Part shown: positions 17,825-26,500 of the stretch, one piece after another
Layout: each line of letters opens with the position of its first letter
Numbering within the stretch: position 1 is the stretch's first letter
DNA from: an uncultured Syntrophomonas sp.
GTDB taxonomy: Bacteria; Bacillota; Syntrophomonadia; Syntrophomonadales; Syntrophomonadaceae
Assembly: GCA_964489585.1 (NCBI GenBank)
Contig: CAZAZH010000003.1
Coordinates: 1 to 49,022, forward strand
Direction of reading: 5' to 3'
Length of the DNA: 49,022 nt
Notes under the pieces: generated by a model
Seen by the model: the letters and a program-made list of their open reading frames with translations, nothing else
Database searches by the model: none
Told to the model about the DNA's origin: nothing
Translations under genes and position numbers: made by a program

Positions 17825-19012
17825 ATGTTTATGAAAAGATCTAAAACACCAGTAGCTTTATTGACTGCGTTAGTATTTGTTTTATCCTTGTTTTTCAGCT
17901 TTCCACTGCTGGCCGCTGAAGATGATGCCTTTACGGTCAATTTCACTGCCACTAACCTATCTCCCGAGGATACAGTGATACAAATAGACTTTAGTAAAGG
18001 CTTCGATCGCCAGTTGGAAAATGATCTAGCCAAAATCCATGTATCAGACAAAAGTAGTGCACAAAACATAACTTATTCAGACTATAAATACACCAAAGAA
18101 GGCCAACAGGCAGAGAAAATTAGGCGTCTGGAGCTATTTTTCAATAACTTAAACCCTGATACCACCTATGTTATTGAACTGGATGCCGATTTTACAGCTA
18201 ATAATGATTCGACCCTGGGTGAGAAGCAGAGTTTTGAATTCACTACTACTGCACCAGAGGAGCAGCCTACAGAACCTCTTACTCCTGAGCCAGAGGAACC
18301 GGTAGTTGCCCCTGAAGAACCCGTTACTCCTGAACCGGAGCAACCAGTAGTTGAGCCTGAAGAACCTGTTACTCCTGAGCCAGAGGAACCGGTAGTTGAA
18401 CCCGAAGAGCCTGTTACTCCTGAATCAGAGGAACCGGTGGTTGAACCCGAAGAACCTGTTATTCCCGAGCGTGAAGAAACCATAAAGGTGGAGCTTAAAG
18501 ACATAAGCGGTCACTGGGCTGAAACTATTATCGCGGAACTGATAAATACAGGTGCTGTATCAGGTTATCCTGATGCTACTTTCCAGCCCGATAAAAAAAT
18601 AACTCGGGCCGAATATACTACCATACTAGTTAAAGCTTTTAAATTAGAAGCTAAAACTGGTAAGGATTTTGCCGATATCACCAATCACTGGGCCAAAGAT
18701 GCTATTGTAATTGCTGCTGCCCATGGTATTGTTAACGGGTATGACGCCAATAGTTTTGGACCAAATAACAATATTACCCGGGAACAAATGGCGGTCATGA
18801 TTGTAAAGGCTGCCCAGTTAAATAAAAATGATGGTGAAAGTAAGCAGTTTATTGATAATGATAAAATATCTTCCTGGGCCGCTGAGGCTGTAGCTACAGC
18901 CAGTCAGCACCAAATAATTGCGGGCTACCCCGATAACAGCTTTAAGCCCCAAGGCGAGGCTACTCGTGCGGAAGCTGCTACAGTAATAATTAAAGCTTTA
19001 AAAGTTAAATAA
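17825..19012 (+). CDS. S-layer-homology (SLH) domain surface protein with Pro/Glu-rich tandem linker
   Basis: Signal peptide (KRSKTPVALLTALVFVLSLFFSFPLLAAE), a PEEPV(T/V)PEPE repeat linker and three C-terminal SLH domains (..HWA...I..L...G...GYPD..F.P...ITR.E). The ATG at 17825 is 8 nt after AGGAGG. Confidence 0.9.
   Translation: MFMKRSKTPVALLTALVFVLSLFFSFPLLAAEDDAFTVNFTATNLSPEDTVIQIDFSKGFDRQLENDLAKIHVSDKSSAQNITYSDYKYTKEGQQAEKIRRLELFFNNLNPDTTYVIELDADFTANNDSTLGEKQSFEFTTTAPEEQPTEPLTPEPEEPVVAPEEPVTPEPEQPVVEPEEPVTPEPEEPVVEPEEPVTPESEEPVVEPEEPVIPEREETIKVELKDISGHWAETIIAELINTGAVSGYPDATFQPDKKITRAEYTTILVKAFKLEAKTGKDFADITNHWAKDAIVIAAAHGIVNGYDANSFGPNNNITREQMAVMIVKAAQLNKNDGESKQFIDNDKISSWAAEAVATASQHQIIAGYPDNSFKPQGEATRAEAATVIIKALKVK
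18272..18478 (+). repeat. In-frame 48-bp tandem repeat (about 4.3 units) inside the SLH gene
   Basis: GAACC(T/C)GTTACTCCTGA(G/A)CCAGAGGAACCGGTAGTTGA(A/G)CC(C/T)GAA units encoding EPVTPEPEEPVVEPEE. Confidence 0.85.
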
Positions 19013-19028
19013 TTCAGCTCACACTTAA

Positions 19029-19066
19029 ACACACCACGGTGCCCGGCACTGTGGTGTGTTTTTTTA
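19029..19066 (+). terminator. Rho-independent terminator of the SLH gene
   Basis: ACACACCACGGTGC / GCACTGTGGTGTGT, a 14-bp stem with one G-U, loop CCG, followed by T7. Confidence 0.85.
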
Positions 19067-19071
19067 CTATT

Positions 19072-19512
19072 TTAGTCTATCAATAATATTCTGGCACCAA
19101 CTGCTAGCAGAGCAATGCCCAGCAAATCCAGGTAGTGAAACTCGAACTTTTTCATGCCGAAAAGTCCCAGGCTATCGACCAGGACAGCAGTTAATATTTG
19201 GGCTACGATAATAGCGGTAGTAGCATTACCTACCCCTATTTGCGGTATGGTTCGTACCACCAGGTAAATTATTATGACATTTAATAAGCCACCTAAAAAT
19301 GCCCACCAGGGTACCGAAGTTACTTTGTCGTAGTTGCTAAAACCCACCCCAATGAACAGCATAATAATTAGAGCTGCTAAACTACCTATGACATGTACCA
19401 GCAGGGTGGACTCCCACAATCCTATAATTTTACCCAGAGCCGCATTGAATGTGCCCTGCAGGGCCATGGCAGATCCGGACACGGCTGCCAGCAATAAGTA
19501 AAGCCAGTTCAC
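19072..19512 (-). CDS. DMT-superfamily membrane protein (DUF606/YdcZ-like)
   Basis: 146 aa with 5 TM helices and the pattern ..GSAMALQGTFNAALGK..G.....L.VH..G typical of DUF606. Confidence 0.75.
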   Translation of the reverse strand: MNWLYLLLAAVSGSAMALQGTFNAALGKIIGLWESTLLVHVIGSLAALIIMLFIGVGFSNYDKVTSVPWWAFLGGLLNVIIIYLVVRTIPQIGVGNATTAIIVAQILTAVLVDSLGLFGMKKFEFHYLDLLGIALLAVGARILLID

Positions 19513-19592
19513 AAATTAAATCTCCTTCGTTTTTTCTCTTTAGTGTCCGGAAGTAAAAAGGCTTTTATACATACACTAGTCCGATTCAAGGG

Positions 19593-19620
19593 TGAGTCAA
19601 AAGAACCGCCCCCTTGACTG
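19593..19620 (-). repeat. Family-B hairpin repeat B5
   Basis: The reverse complement is CAGTCAAGGGGGCGGTTCTTTTGACTCA. Confidence 0.75.
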
Positions 19621-19634
19621 ACCGGCTTTTACTC

Positions 19635-20348
19635 TTAAATAAACGTAGCAATCAGAATTATTATCATACCCAGCCAGAATCCCCACCAGCGGCTGTGGGG
19701 GTCTTTGGCCTGGGCTTGAGGCCATAGTTGGAATAGTACCAGGTAAATCATAATCCCGGAAGCCAGGCCTAGTAAAAGAGGTAATAAGTTAGGCAGAAAG
19801 GCTACTGCCAGTAAACCAATAACCGTACCCAGGGGTGTAATTAGCCCTACCAGTAGAATTTGCCCCAAAACACGAAGTTGTTTTATGCCTGCCATAAGTA
19901 AGGGTGCAGCGATAGCCATTCCCTCAGGTATGTTATGTATTCCTATACCCAACGCTATGACCATACCGGTACGGGCTTTCATTTCACTGCCCAGAGCAAT
20001 TGCCATCCCTTCAGGAAGGTCATGCATGGCTATGCCCAGCATAATCATGTAACCTAGAGCCACCAGTGAATTGCGGGCTGCCGATCGGTTAAACACCTGC
20101 CGGTCAATAACGGCCAGGATAAAGAGTCCCAACACCACTCCCACCAGAGCTTTTAACCAACCACCAAAAACCAGAGCTGATGGCAGCATATCAAAAAGAA
20201 CCACAGCCACCATTACTCCCGAGGCCAGACCCAAAAAAACAGCCAGGCTGCTGTTATCCCAGCGTCTTTTAATAAAAAGCATTATTGCCCCCAGAGCAGT
20301 ACACGCCCCGGCGGCAATACTAATTCCTAGAACTTGATGTATACCCAT
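19635..20348 (-). CDS. ZIP-family divalent metal (zinc) transporter
   Basis: 237 aa with 8 TM helices and two HD/HN-PEG motifs (AMHDLPEGMAIA, GIHNIPEGMAIA). Confidence 0.88.
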   Translation of the reverse strand: MGIHQVLGISIAAGACTALGAIMLFIKRRWDNSSLAVFLGLASGVMVAVVLFDMLPSALVFGGWLKALVGVVLGLFILAVIDRQVFNRSAARNSLVALGYMIMLGIAMHDLPEGMAIALGSEMKARTGMVIALGIGIHNIPEGMAIAAPLLMAGIKQLRVLGQILLVGLITPLGTVIGLLAVAFLPNLLPLLLGLASGIMIYLVLFQLWPQAQAKDPHSRWWGFWLGMIIILIATFI

Positions 20349-20460
20349 TTCCTACCCCACCAACCTCTTCCTTCTTTTTTTAAGTCTATGAAGAGCGGGT
20401 AGAATTTAGGTTATTATTTCAGTTTCAGGTTCTAATGTATTTATTCAGTGGTTGAGGCAA

Positions 20461-20511
20461 AATAAAATACGGTGTTTCCTGACCAGTTATTCCCCGGACA
20501 ATAAACACCGT
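20461..20511 (-). terminator. Terminator downstream of the adenylate-forming enzyme gene
   Basis: ACGGTGTTT (20469-77) pairs with AAACACCGT (20503-11), with an inner TTATT/AATAA helix. On the minus strand it is followed by AUUUUAUU. Confidence 0.65.
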
Positions 20512-20597
20512 CTATTAAGCGTAGCAATACAATAAATTTTGAATGCTAGCAGTATTAGCCCGGGCGTACCACTACTTTTTACTACTCGCAATGCCCT

Positions 20598-22016
20598 CTA
20601 ACTTTGATTAACAACCAGTTTAAATTTTCCTGTACGCGGGTCGTTTGGAATTTCGTCAACCACTTCAATATCAAAATGAACCAGATGTCCGACTTGCTGG
20701 TTATCGAGTATATCCTGTAATCTCTTGCGGATCTCATGAATAACTTCTTCGGTGTGTTCCGTAAGGGATACCACTGCTTTAAAGTGGGCTACATTTTTCT
20801 TTATAACTTGAATCTGCTTTAATCCCTTAACATAAAACTCAACAAAGACTATTGGATGAATGGCAGCTTTTTTCCCCTTTACATTAAACTCCAAGAAATC
20901 TTCAGTACGTCCCTTAATTCCTTCAATCACTTCAAAAGGCAGAGTTCTATTTACCGGATTTCTGTTAATAAGTAATATATCATCCATTCTATATCTAATT
21001 AAGGGCACTATATAATTATATAAATTGGTCAATACCCCCAGACCATAATCTCCTATTACAGGTTCATCATTTTCTCCAACGGTCTCCATTAAGTTCCAGT
21101 TGTTAAAAAGGCACATACCACCATTGGAAAATGTATCCGCGCCAATAATTATTGATTCAGAAGCACCATAGATACTTCTTGGAGTAATTCCAAATGCTTT
21201 TTTGGAAATATCAATCTGATTAGAAGTAAGTATTTCTCCAGCTGTAGTTATAGTTTTTGGTGATATGTTTAGTTGCCCCTCAATTTGAGCTGCTGCCAGT
21301 TTTGGCAACATAGAACTATAGACAATAATAATAGTGGGTTGAAAGGCGTTGAGCTGTTGGATAATGTGCTCGATAGGGGTTTCAACAGATATAGGTAAAA
21401 AAGGGATACGATAATCACTAAAACGGCTAAAAGAGGTATAGGCTGCATAGTGTCCATTTACTGCTCCTAGAAAAACCACCCTTTGCATCAACATCCTAAA
21501 TAAGGGCTTAAGATGAAAAGTATATTTAGAAAATAGAACATTAATGGTATTAATATCTTTATCATCATATACAAAAAGGCCTAGTTTCCCACTGGATCCC
21601 GAAGTATGAATAACCGTATATTTTCCCATAAAGCGGGAATTAGCATTTTCGGGATTACTGATAAATGATAACAATTCCTCTTTTTTAATTAATTTGTCAC
21701 ATACTACTGAGTCAAAATTATCCATTACCAATTGTTTATCTACTATTGGCAGATCAGTCACTTGTATTTCGCTAATATTATTAATGCTAATACCGCTATT
21801 GGAATATAACTCTCGATAAAATTCAGAATGTGTCATAGCATGCTGGACTATCTTCTCTAATCTCATTCTCTGAATGCGTCTAATATATTCTGCGGTGCTA
21901 AAAAGATATTCTTTAGAAAAAAAATATTTTTTAAGATAATCCCCCTGAATACTAATTTTCCTAGACCGTTTAATAAATAACACCCCCCATAAATAAAGCA
22001 TTACCCATCTTAACAA
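20598..22016 (-). CDS. Adenylate-forming enzyme, PaaK/CapK/coenzyme-F390-synthetase-like
   Basis: About 470 aa. AMP-binding P-loop variant HTSGSSGK, fold-level resemblance to the phenylacetate-CoA ligase family, C-terminal ..PRTGKFKLV. The start is uncertain (TTG, no RBS). Confidence 0.72.
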   Translation of the reverse strand: MLRWVMLYLWGVLFIKRSRKISIQGDYLKKYFFSKEYLFSTAEYIRRIQRMRLEKIVQHAMTHSEFYRELYSNSGISINNISEIQVTDLPIVDKQLVMDNFDSVVCDKLIKKEELLSFISNPENANSRFMGKYTVIHTSGSSGKLGLFVYDDKDINTINVLFSKYTFHLKPLFRMLMQRVVFLGAVNGHYAAYTSFSRFSDYRIPFLPISVETPIEHIIQQLNAFQPTIIIVYSSMLPKLAAAQIEGQLNISPKTITTAGEILTSNQIDISKKAFGITPRSIYGASESIIIGADTFSNGGMCLFNNWNLMETVGENDEPVIGDYGLGVLTNLYNYIVPLIRYRMDDILLINRNPVNRTLPFEVIEGIKGRTEDFLEFNVKGKKAAIHPIVFVEFYVKGLKQIQVIKKNVAHFKAVVSLTEHTEEVIHEIRKRLQDILDNQQVGHLVHFDIEVVDEIPNDPRTGKFKLVVNQS

Positions 22017-22567
22017 TCGAAGAAGTAAGGAGATACTAGGGCCAGGCTATAAAAAATAATACTTAACTATACTATTCGGTAAATAGATTCACCTCACTTT
22101 ATGCTGTTTTGCCAGGTTGTTTTATTTGTTATATGTGAGGAAATGCTAGAATCAATTATTTGAAGTCTATTAGAAGATAGAGTCCGAAACAAACCAGGTA
22201 GGGGTAGAGCCAATTTATTACTTAAAGTCAAAAACTTGCTTACATTTATAAAAGATTATTGTTTGCTTTACGGGTGAACTGAGGTATCAAGATTAGGTAA
22301 TGTTTACTAATATCCAAATTTTAAGATAATTAAACAAAAATTACTAATTTTCTCTTCTATCTTATTATTAAAAATATATTGTTGCAACATATATTTCATG
22401 AATTTTTCGACAATTGCTTGGCTGCCGGTTACTACATGTTTCATCTCATCAGGTAAGATGATCATTGGTACGTAGAATATAGCTAAAGAAGATGTCACTG
22501 AATCAGGTGGAAGGAATAATTCTTTTACACCTTTCATAATTTTCACAAAGGGGAGGTGTTTTTTGGA

Positions 22568-22945
22568 ATGAATAAAAATCTGTCTATCGAGCTGAAAGGA
22601 CTGGGGAAAGGTATACTGCTATCGTTGGTTCTATGCTTGCTGGTTACACCGTTGATTTATTTTACCGGCATAAAAGAAACAGTTATGCCTACTCTGGGAA
22701 ACATAATTCTGGCTGTAGGCATATTCTGGTGTAGCTGCTATGTAAGCAAATCCTATGGCAGCAAAGGACTGGTCCGGGGTCTTAGTATGGGGTTAGTTTT
22801 TTTCATACTTATGCTTATTGCAACTTTTATCTTTAATTCTACCCTGATCGGTTTTAAAACTTTCCTGTATACCCTGTCCCTTTGTTTGGTTGCCGGTGGT
22901 ATAGGGGGTATACTAGGAATTGGTCTTAGCGACCAGGCCATTTAA
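22568..22945 (+). CDS. TIGR04086-like small membrane protein
   Basis: 125 aa with 4 TM helices. It matches the remembered family pattern LKG..KG.L.SL.L......YFT......GN.....GIF...Y.SK..G.KG...G...G. The ATG at 22568 is downstream of GGGGAGG. Confidence 0.6.
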   Translation: MNKNLSIELKGLGKGILLSLVLCLLVTPLIYFTGIKETVMPTLGNIILAVGIFWCSCYVSKSYGSKGLVRGLSMGLVFFILMLIATFIFNSTLIGFKTFLYTLSLCLVAGGIGGILGIGLSDQAI

Positions 22946-22964
22946 TCAATATAATAAAAATACC

Positions 22965-22995
22965 CAGGCCGGGAAAAGATGAACTTCCCGGCCTG
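22965..22995. terminator. Bidirectional hairpin terminator
   Basis: CAGGCCGGGAA / TTCCCGGCCTG, an 11-bp stem. An A-run lies upstream and TTT downstream, so it can serve 22568..22945 (+) and the 27-aa ORF (-). Confidence 0.7.
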
Positions 22996-23007
22996 TTTAC
23001 ATAATAT

Positions 23008-23091
23008 TTACTTGTTAAATAGGCTTAAACACCATAAAACCAATCCACAAATTAATAATATACAACCTATCTTTATTCGTAGATTGGGCAT
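23008..23091 (-). CDS. 27-aa hydrophobic peptide (below the track cutoff)
   Basis: GGAGG, then 8 nt, then the ATG at 23091. Sequence MPNLRIKIGCILLICGLVLWCLSLFNK*, followed by the 22965-22995 hairpin. Confidence 0.4.
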   Translation of the reverse strand: MPNLRIKIGCILLICGLVLWCLSLFNK

Positions 23092-23374
23092 GGTATAAAC
23101 CTCCTGGTGGTACATCCAGCTGACCCCAAACGGGGCTACTGTGACCGGTTATTTCAACACATCAACCTCTCTTAGCAACTACTTAATAACCTTTAACAGA
23201 ATGTTTCTTAAAAAACCAGGGATTCTGAAATAATACACCCGCATCAGTATTCCCCCTTCATCCTCATTAGATTTCTCTGTATAATATGAAGTCAAAGAGA
23301 AAAAGGTTACACTGTGTATACAGTATTAATAATTCATTCTACCGTGAAACAATGCAAATGAGTGAAGGAAACGT

Positions 23375-25450
23375 CTATTTTGCATCTGACAAAAATTCCT
23401 TTATCTGTTTCGGTAATTGCTGGCTTTCCAGTATGAGGATATCTTTGATAGGGATGCTATTTTTAAACACTCTTCCATAGTTCTTCTTTTCCAGTCGCGA
23501 ATCCAGGACTACTACTAATCCGCGGTCTTCTTCACTGCGAATTAGTCTTCCCGTACCTTGTTTGAACCGGACGGCCGCATCAGGCAACATGAAATGCTGA
23601 AAACCATTTTTATTCTGCAACCGGCAGTAACGGTCAGCAGCACTGCAATACGGGTCAGTGGGAGGGCGGAAAGGTAGTCGTACAATCACCACGCATTTTA
23701 GGATTTCTCCTTTGAGGTCAATTCCTTCCCAAAAGGTTTCTAATCCCATCAACACTGACCGGGGGCTGTGCATAAACTCATCTAATAGATGGCTAAATTC
23801 ACCGTCTTCATATTGAACTAAAAGTTTAATCCCATTCAGGTCACAATCCGGCCGCAGCATGGCAGCTATATCTTTAAGCTGGCTACGGGCGGTAAATAGA
23901 ACTAGCACCTGGCCCCCCATAGCTAGGAAGAGCTCTTCCAGTACTCCGGCTACGGTTTCAGCAAAACTGCGTTCAACAGGTTCGGGTATATCGGTGATAA
24001 TTAACATTCGGGCCTGCTGTTCATAGTTAAATGGAGAATGCTGTAATAAAGTATTTACCCGGTCATCTCCATTGAAAGACTTTAATCCGGAACGAGTCAA
24101 AAAATAATCAAAACTCTCCTCAATAGCCAGGGTAGCCGATACCATAACCAGACTCTCCAGTTTGTGATAAAGCCGTTCATTTAAAATTTGACCGGCATCC
24201 AGTTCCGAAGATGCCGCAGCTACCACCTGACCTCGTTCACATTCCAGCCAGGTAATTTTATCCTGCTGGTCAATATTTTCTTCCATAATTACAGATGCCT
24301 CATACGAATACTCGCTTAAGCTTTGTATGATGTTTTCTAGCTCGTTACCCGCTTCGGTTTCTTTAATCTCATCATTCAGCGAGTTCAATTTGGAAATCAG
24401 CAAATTAATGCTGTTTTGCCATTCCAGGTACAAATCCATGGCCTGAAGCATCCATTTAGTTTCCTGGTCCTGCCACTGCAATACCCGGGTATAGCTGTAG
24501 TCTTTATCCGTTAAACTCTTTTTAAGAACATGGAAGAAGTCCTGCAATATTCTGGAGCTATTATCGCTTAAATCAACTATTTCATTAAACAGGCTGCCAA
24601 GTACTGAATATTTTTTGCGCAGGTATTGCAGATAGCCATGTTCACCTTGCTTATCCCGGGTAAACAGTAATTGCAAGGTTTCATTTATATCATTCTGGGA
24701 GAAGCGCAGGGACAAGTGGTCAAAAGCCTCCCGGTCAAAGGTGTGGGCTTCGTCAATAATAAGATAACTGTACTTGGGTAAAATGCTGTTTTCCACCAGC
24801 ATATCGGAAAGCAGTAAGGCATGGTTGGTAACAATAATATCAGCTTTTTCCAGGCTTTTTAACATTTTTAAGCGAAAGCACTTATCTGAATAAGGGCAGC
24901 TATCTCTTAGACAGCTCTTACGGTCAGCAGCAACTATTCCCCATTTACTCATCAACCAGCTATCCAGGGTCAATTCTTTACGATCACCGCTTTTACTATC
25001 CTCAGCCCAACGCAGTATAGCCTCTATAAATCGCATTTCGTCTGGTTCCAACCTTTTTCTGCCCGCCGTTATCCTCATATATTTATTCCAGCACAAAAAA
25101 TTCTCCCGTCCTTTGGCTTCCACAAAAACGAATTCAGTACCCAATACCTTTTTCATATCAGGTATATCTTTTTCCGTTAACTGCTGTTGCAGGGCCCGGG
25201 TACGGGTGGATATTACCACTTTTTCTTTCTGCTCCTTGGCCCACAGAATTGCAGGAACCAGGTAGGCATAAGTCTTCCCTACCCCGGTACCAGCTTCGGA
25301 GATCAAAAATTCCTGGTCCAAAAAAGCTTTAGTAATGCTTTCTGCCAGGTTTACCTGTTCCTGACGATATCTATACCCGGGAATACTTAATGCCATCCTG
25401 CCCTCCGGAGCGAAGTATTCTGCTATCACTTTCGGGTTAAAACCTTCCAT
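23375..25450 (-). CDS. dinG: DinG/Rad3-family ATP-dependent DNA helicase (Fe-S type, no exonuclease domain)
   Basis: 691 aa. Walker A AGTGVGKT, DEAH box (IIDEAHTF), a four-Cys cluster (C-x..-C..SCPYSDKC), and C-terminal helicase motifs (GTGRLIR). Confidence 0.87.
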   Translation of the reverse strand: MEGFNPKVIAEYFAPEGRMALSIPGYRYRQEQVNLAESITKAFLDQEFLISEAGTGVGKTYAYLVPAILWAKEQKEKVVISTRTRALQQQLTEKDIPDMKKVLGTEFVFVEAKGRENFLCWNKYMRITAGRKRLEPDEMRFIEAILRWAEDSKSGDRKELTLDSWLMSKWGIVAADRKSCLRDSCPYSDKCFRLKMLKSLEKADIIVTNHALLLSDMLVENSILPKYSYLIIDEAHTFDREAFDHLSLRFSQNDINETLQLLFTRDKQGEHGYLQYLRKKYSVLGSLFNEIVDLSDNSSRILQDFFHVLKKSLTDKDYSYTRVLQWQDQETKWMLQAMDLYLEWQNSINLLISKLNSLNDEIKETEAGNELENIIQSLSEYSYEASVIMEENIDQQDKITWLECERGQVVAAASSELDAGQILNERLYHKLESLVMVSATLAIEESFDYFLTRSGLKSFNGDDRVNTLLQHSPFNYEQQARMLIITDIPEPVERSFAETVAGVLEELFLAMGGQVLVLFTARSQLKDIAAMLRPDCDLNGIKLLVQYEDGEFSHLLDEFMHSPRSVLMGLETFWEGIDLKGEILKCVVIVRLPFRPPTDPYCSAADRYCRLQNKNGFQHFMLPDAAVRFKQGTGRLIRSEEDRGLVVVLDSRLEKKNYGRVFKNSIPIKDILILESQQLPKQIKEFLSDAK

Positions 25451-25520
25451 TGCTAAACACCCTCACAAAATAATACGAGTGAATTTTCCATAAACTAATT
25501 ATATACTTAAGTCTAACCAT

Positions 25521-25543
25521 AAAAAAAGCTGCCCTTTGGCAGC
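25521..25543 (-). terminator. Terminator of the PaaI/DUF3343 pair
   Basis: GCTGCC-AAAG-GGCAGC on the minus strand followed by U7. Confidence 0.8.
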
Positions 25544-25556
25544 AGCAGGAAAATAC

Positions 25557-25844
25557 CTATGATAATTCCAGTTTCTTTATCCGGTTTTTCTTACCTTCCT
25601 TTTCAACCTGATATATCCCTTCTACAACTACCCGATTGTTGATTAAATCCGTAAAATAACGGTCTAAATTATCCGGGCTTAACTTAACCGAAAGGCCACA
25701 GCTAGTAGATATCTCCCGCAAGGTAGGGATAACTAAAAAATCGGCTTCTAGATTTTTTAATACTTTTTCCGCCTTCAGTGCATGAGCGGTAGCGGCAAAG
25801 GTAAAAACACAATAACTATCACTATAAAACAGGTTAGACGGCAT
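25557..25844 (-). CDS. DUF3343-domain protein (putative Se/S carrier-like)
   Basis: ..FTFAATAHALKAEKVLK......VIPTLREISTSCGLSV.. matches the DUF3343 pattern. The ATG at 25844 is 8 nt after GGAGG and is preferred over the track's 25859. Confidence 0.72.
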   Translation of the reverse strand: MPSNLFYSDSYCVFTFAATAHALKAEKVLKNLEADFLVIPTLREISTSCGLSVKLSPDNLDRYFTDLINNRVVVEGIYQVEKEGKKNRIKKLELS

Positions 25845-25861
25845 ATTATCAACCTCCATGG

Positions 25862-26317
25862 TTAATAATCAATCTCTCCTACCCGAAAAAAGGTACCTCT
25901 GCTAGATGCCAATATCTTCTCACCAGTAGTTACCCGGGCTGAGGCAAATATAAGATTCTTACCAACTTTCTCTAGAGTTCCTCGGGCTTTAATAGTCTCT
26001 CCGACAGAGGCCCCGGATATCATGGAAGTAGTGCAGTCTACAGTTACCGCTTTGATACCCAGGCTTCTAATGGCATTCCCCATAGCTGCATCGACCAAGG
26101 ACATATATAGACCTCCGTGAACTGCCCCCAGGGGGTTAGTATGCTGACCGGATACCTCTACTTCCAGATCGGCCACACCAGGCCCTAATAACCTGATTTT
26201 AACCCCCAACAGCTGATAATAGGGTGTGTGCTCTATAGAATGAACCAGGTAGTTAAATAGATTTTCTTCAAGCCCTTGGTTAACTGGCTGCAATTTAAGC
26301 TCTCCCAACTTTTTCAT
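25862..26317 (-). CDS. PaaI-family hotdog-fold thioesterase
   Basis: 151 aa with ..NPLGAVHGGLYMSLVDAAMG.. and the ..G.L....A......G...A.. hotdog motifs. Confidence 0.85.
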   Translation of the reverse strand: MKKLGELKLQPVNQGLEENLFNYLVHSIEHTPYYQLLGVKIRLLGPGVADLEVEVSGQHTNPLGAVHGGLYMSLVDAAMGNAIRSLGIKAVTVDCTTSMISGASVGETIKARGTLEKVGKNLIFASARVTTGEKILASSRGTFFRVGEIDY

Positions 26318-26500
26318 AAATTATATCATAAGATTACACCCTAATATCTATAATTTTTAGTTATAGTTGTAAGGGTAGCGCTTTGTTGAATAACTTATCC
26401 CTGTTCCATATTTAAGGATTTGTTGAAAATCCAGGTGCAATACTGCTAAAATGATGGATAAATACCAAATCATAAGCAAGGTTATGCGGAGGTAAGAAAA

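Noticed and set aside
17677-18069. A 130-aa minus-strand ORF overlapping the start of the SLH gene.
   Set aside because: It is antisense to a well-supported gene and its promoter/RBS region. It has no RBS and low-complexity composition.
18166-18504. A Gly/Ser/Thr-rich 112-aa minus-strand ORF.
   Set aside because: It is an antisense reading of the PEEPV tandem repeat, so it is an artefact of the repeat.
22307-22546. A 79-aa minus-strand ORF (MKIMKGVKELF...).
   Set aside because: It has a GTG start with no RBS, lies in AT-rich sequence where open frames arise by chance, and has no motif. I did not call it, although a real small gene cannot be excluded.
23375-25450. The DinG-like helicase as part of a defence system (for example type IV CRISPR or other DinG-containing systems).
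   Set aside because: It is monocistronic, flanked by metabolic and housekeeping genes, and no associated nuclease or cas-like genes are present. It looks like the conserved Firmicute DinG/Rad3 homolog.
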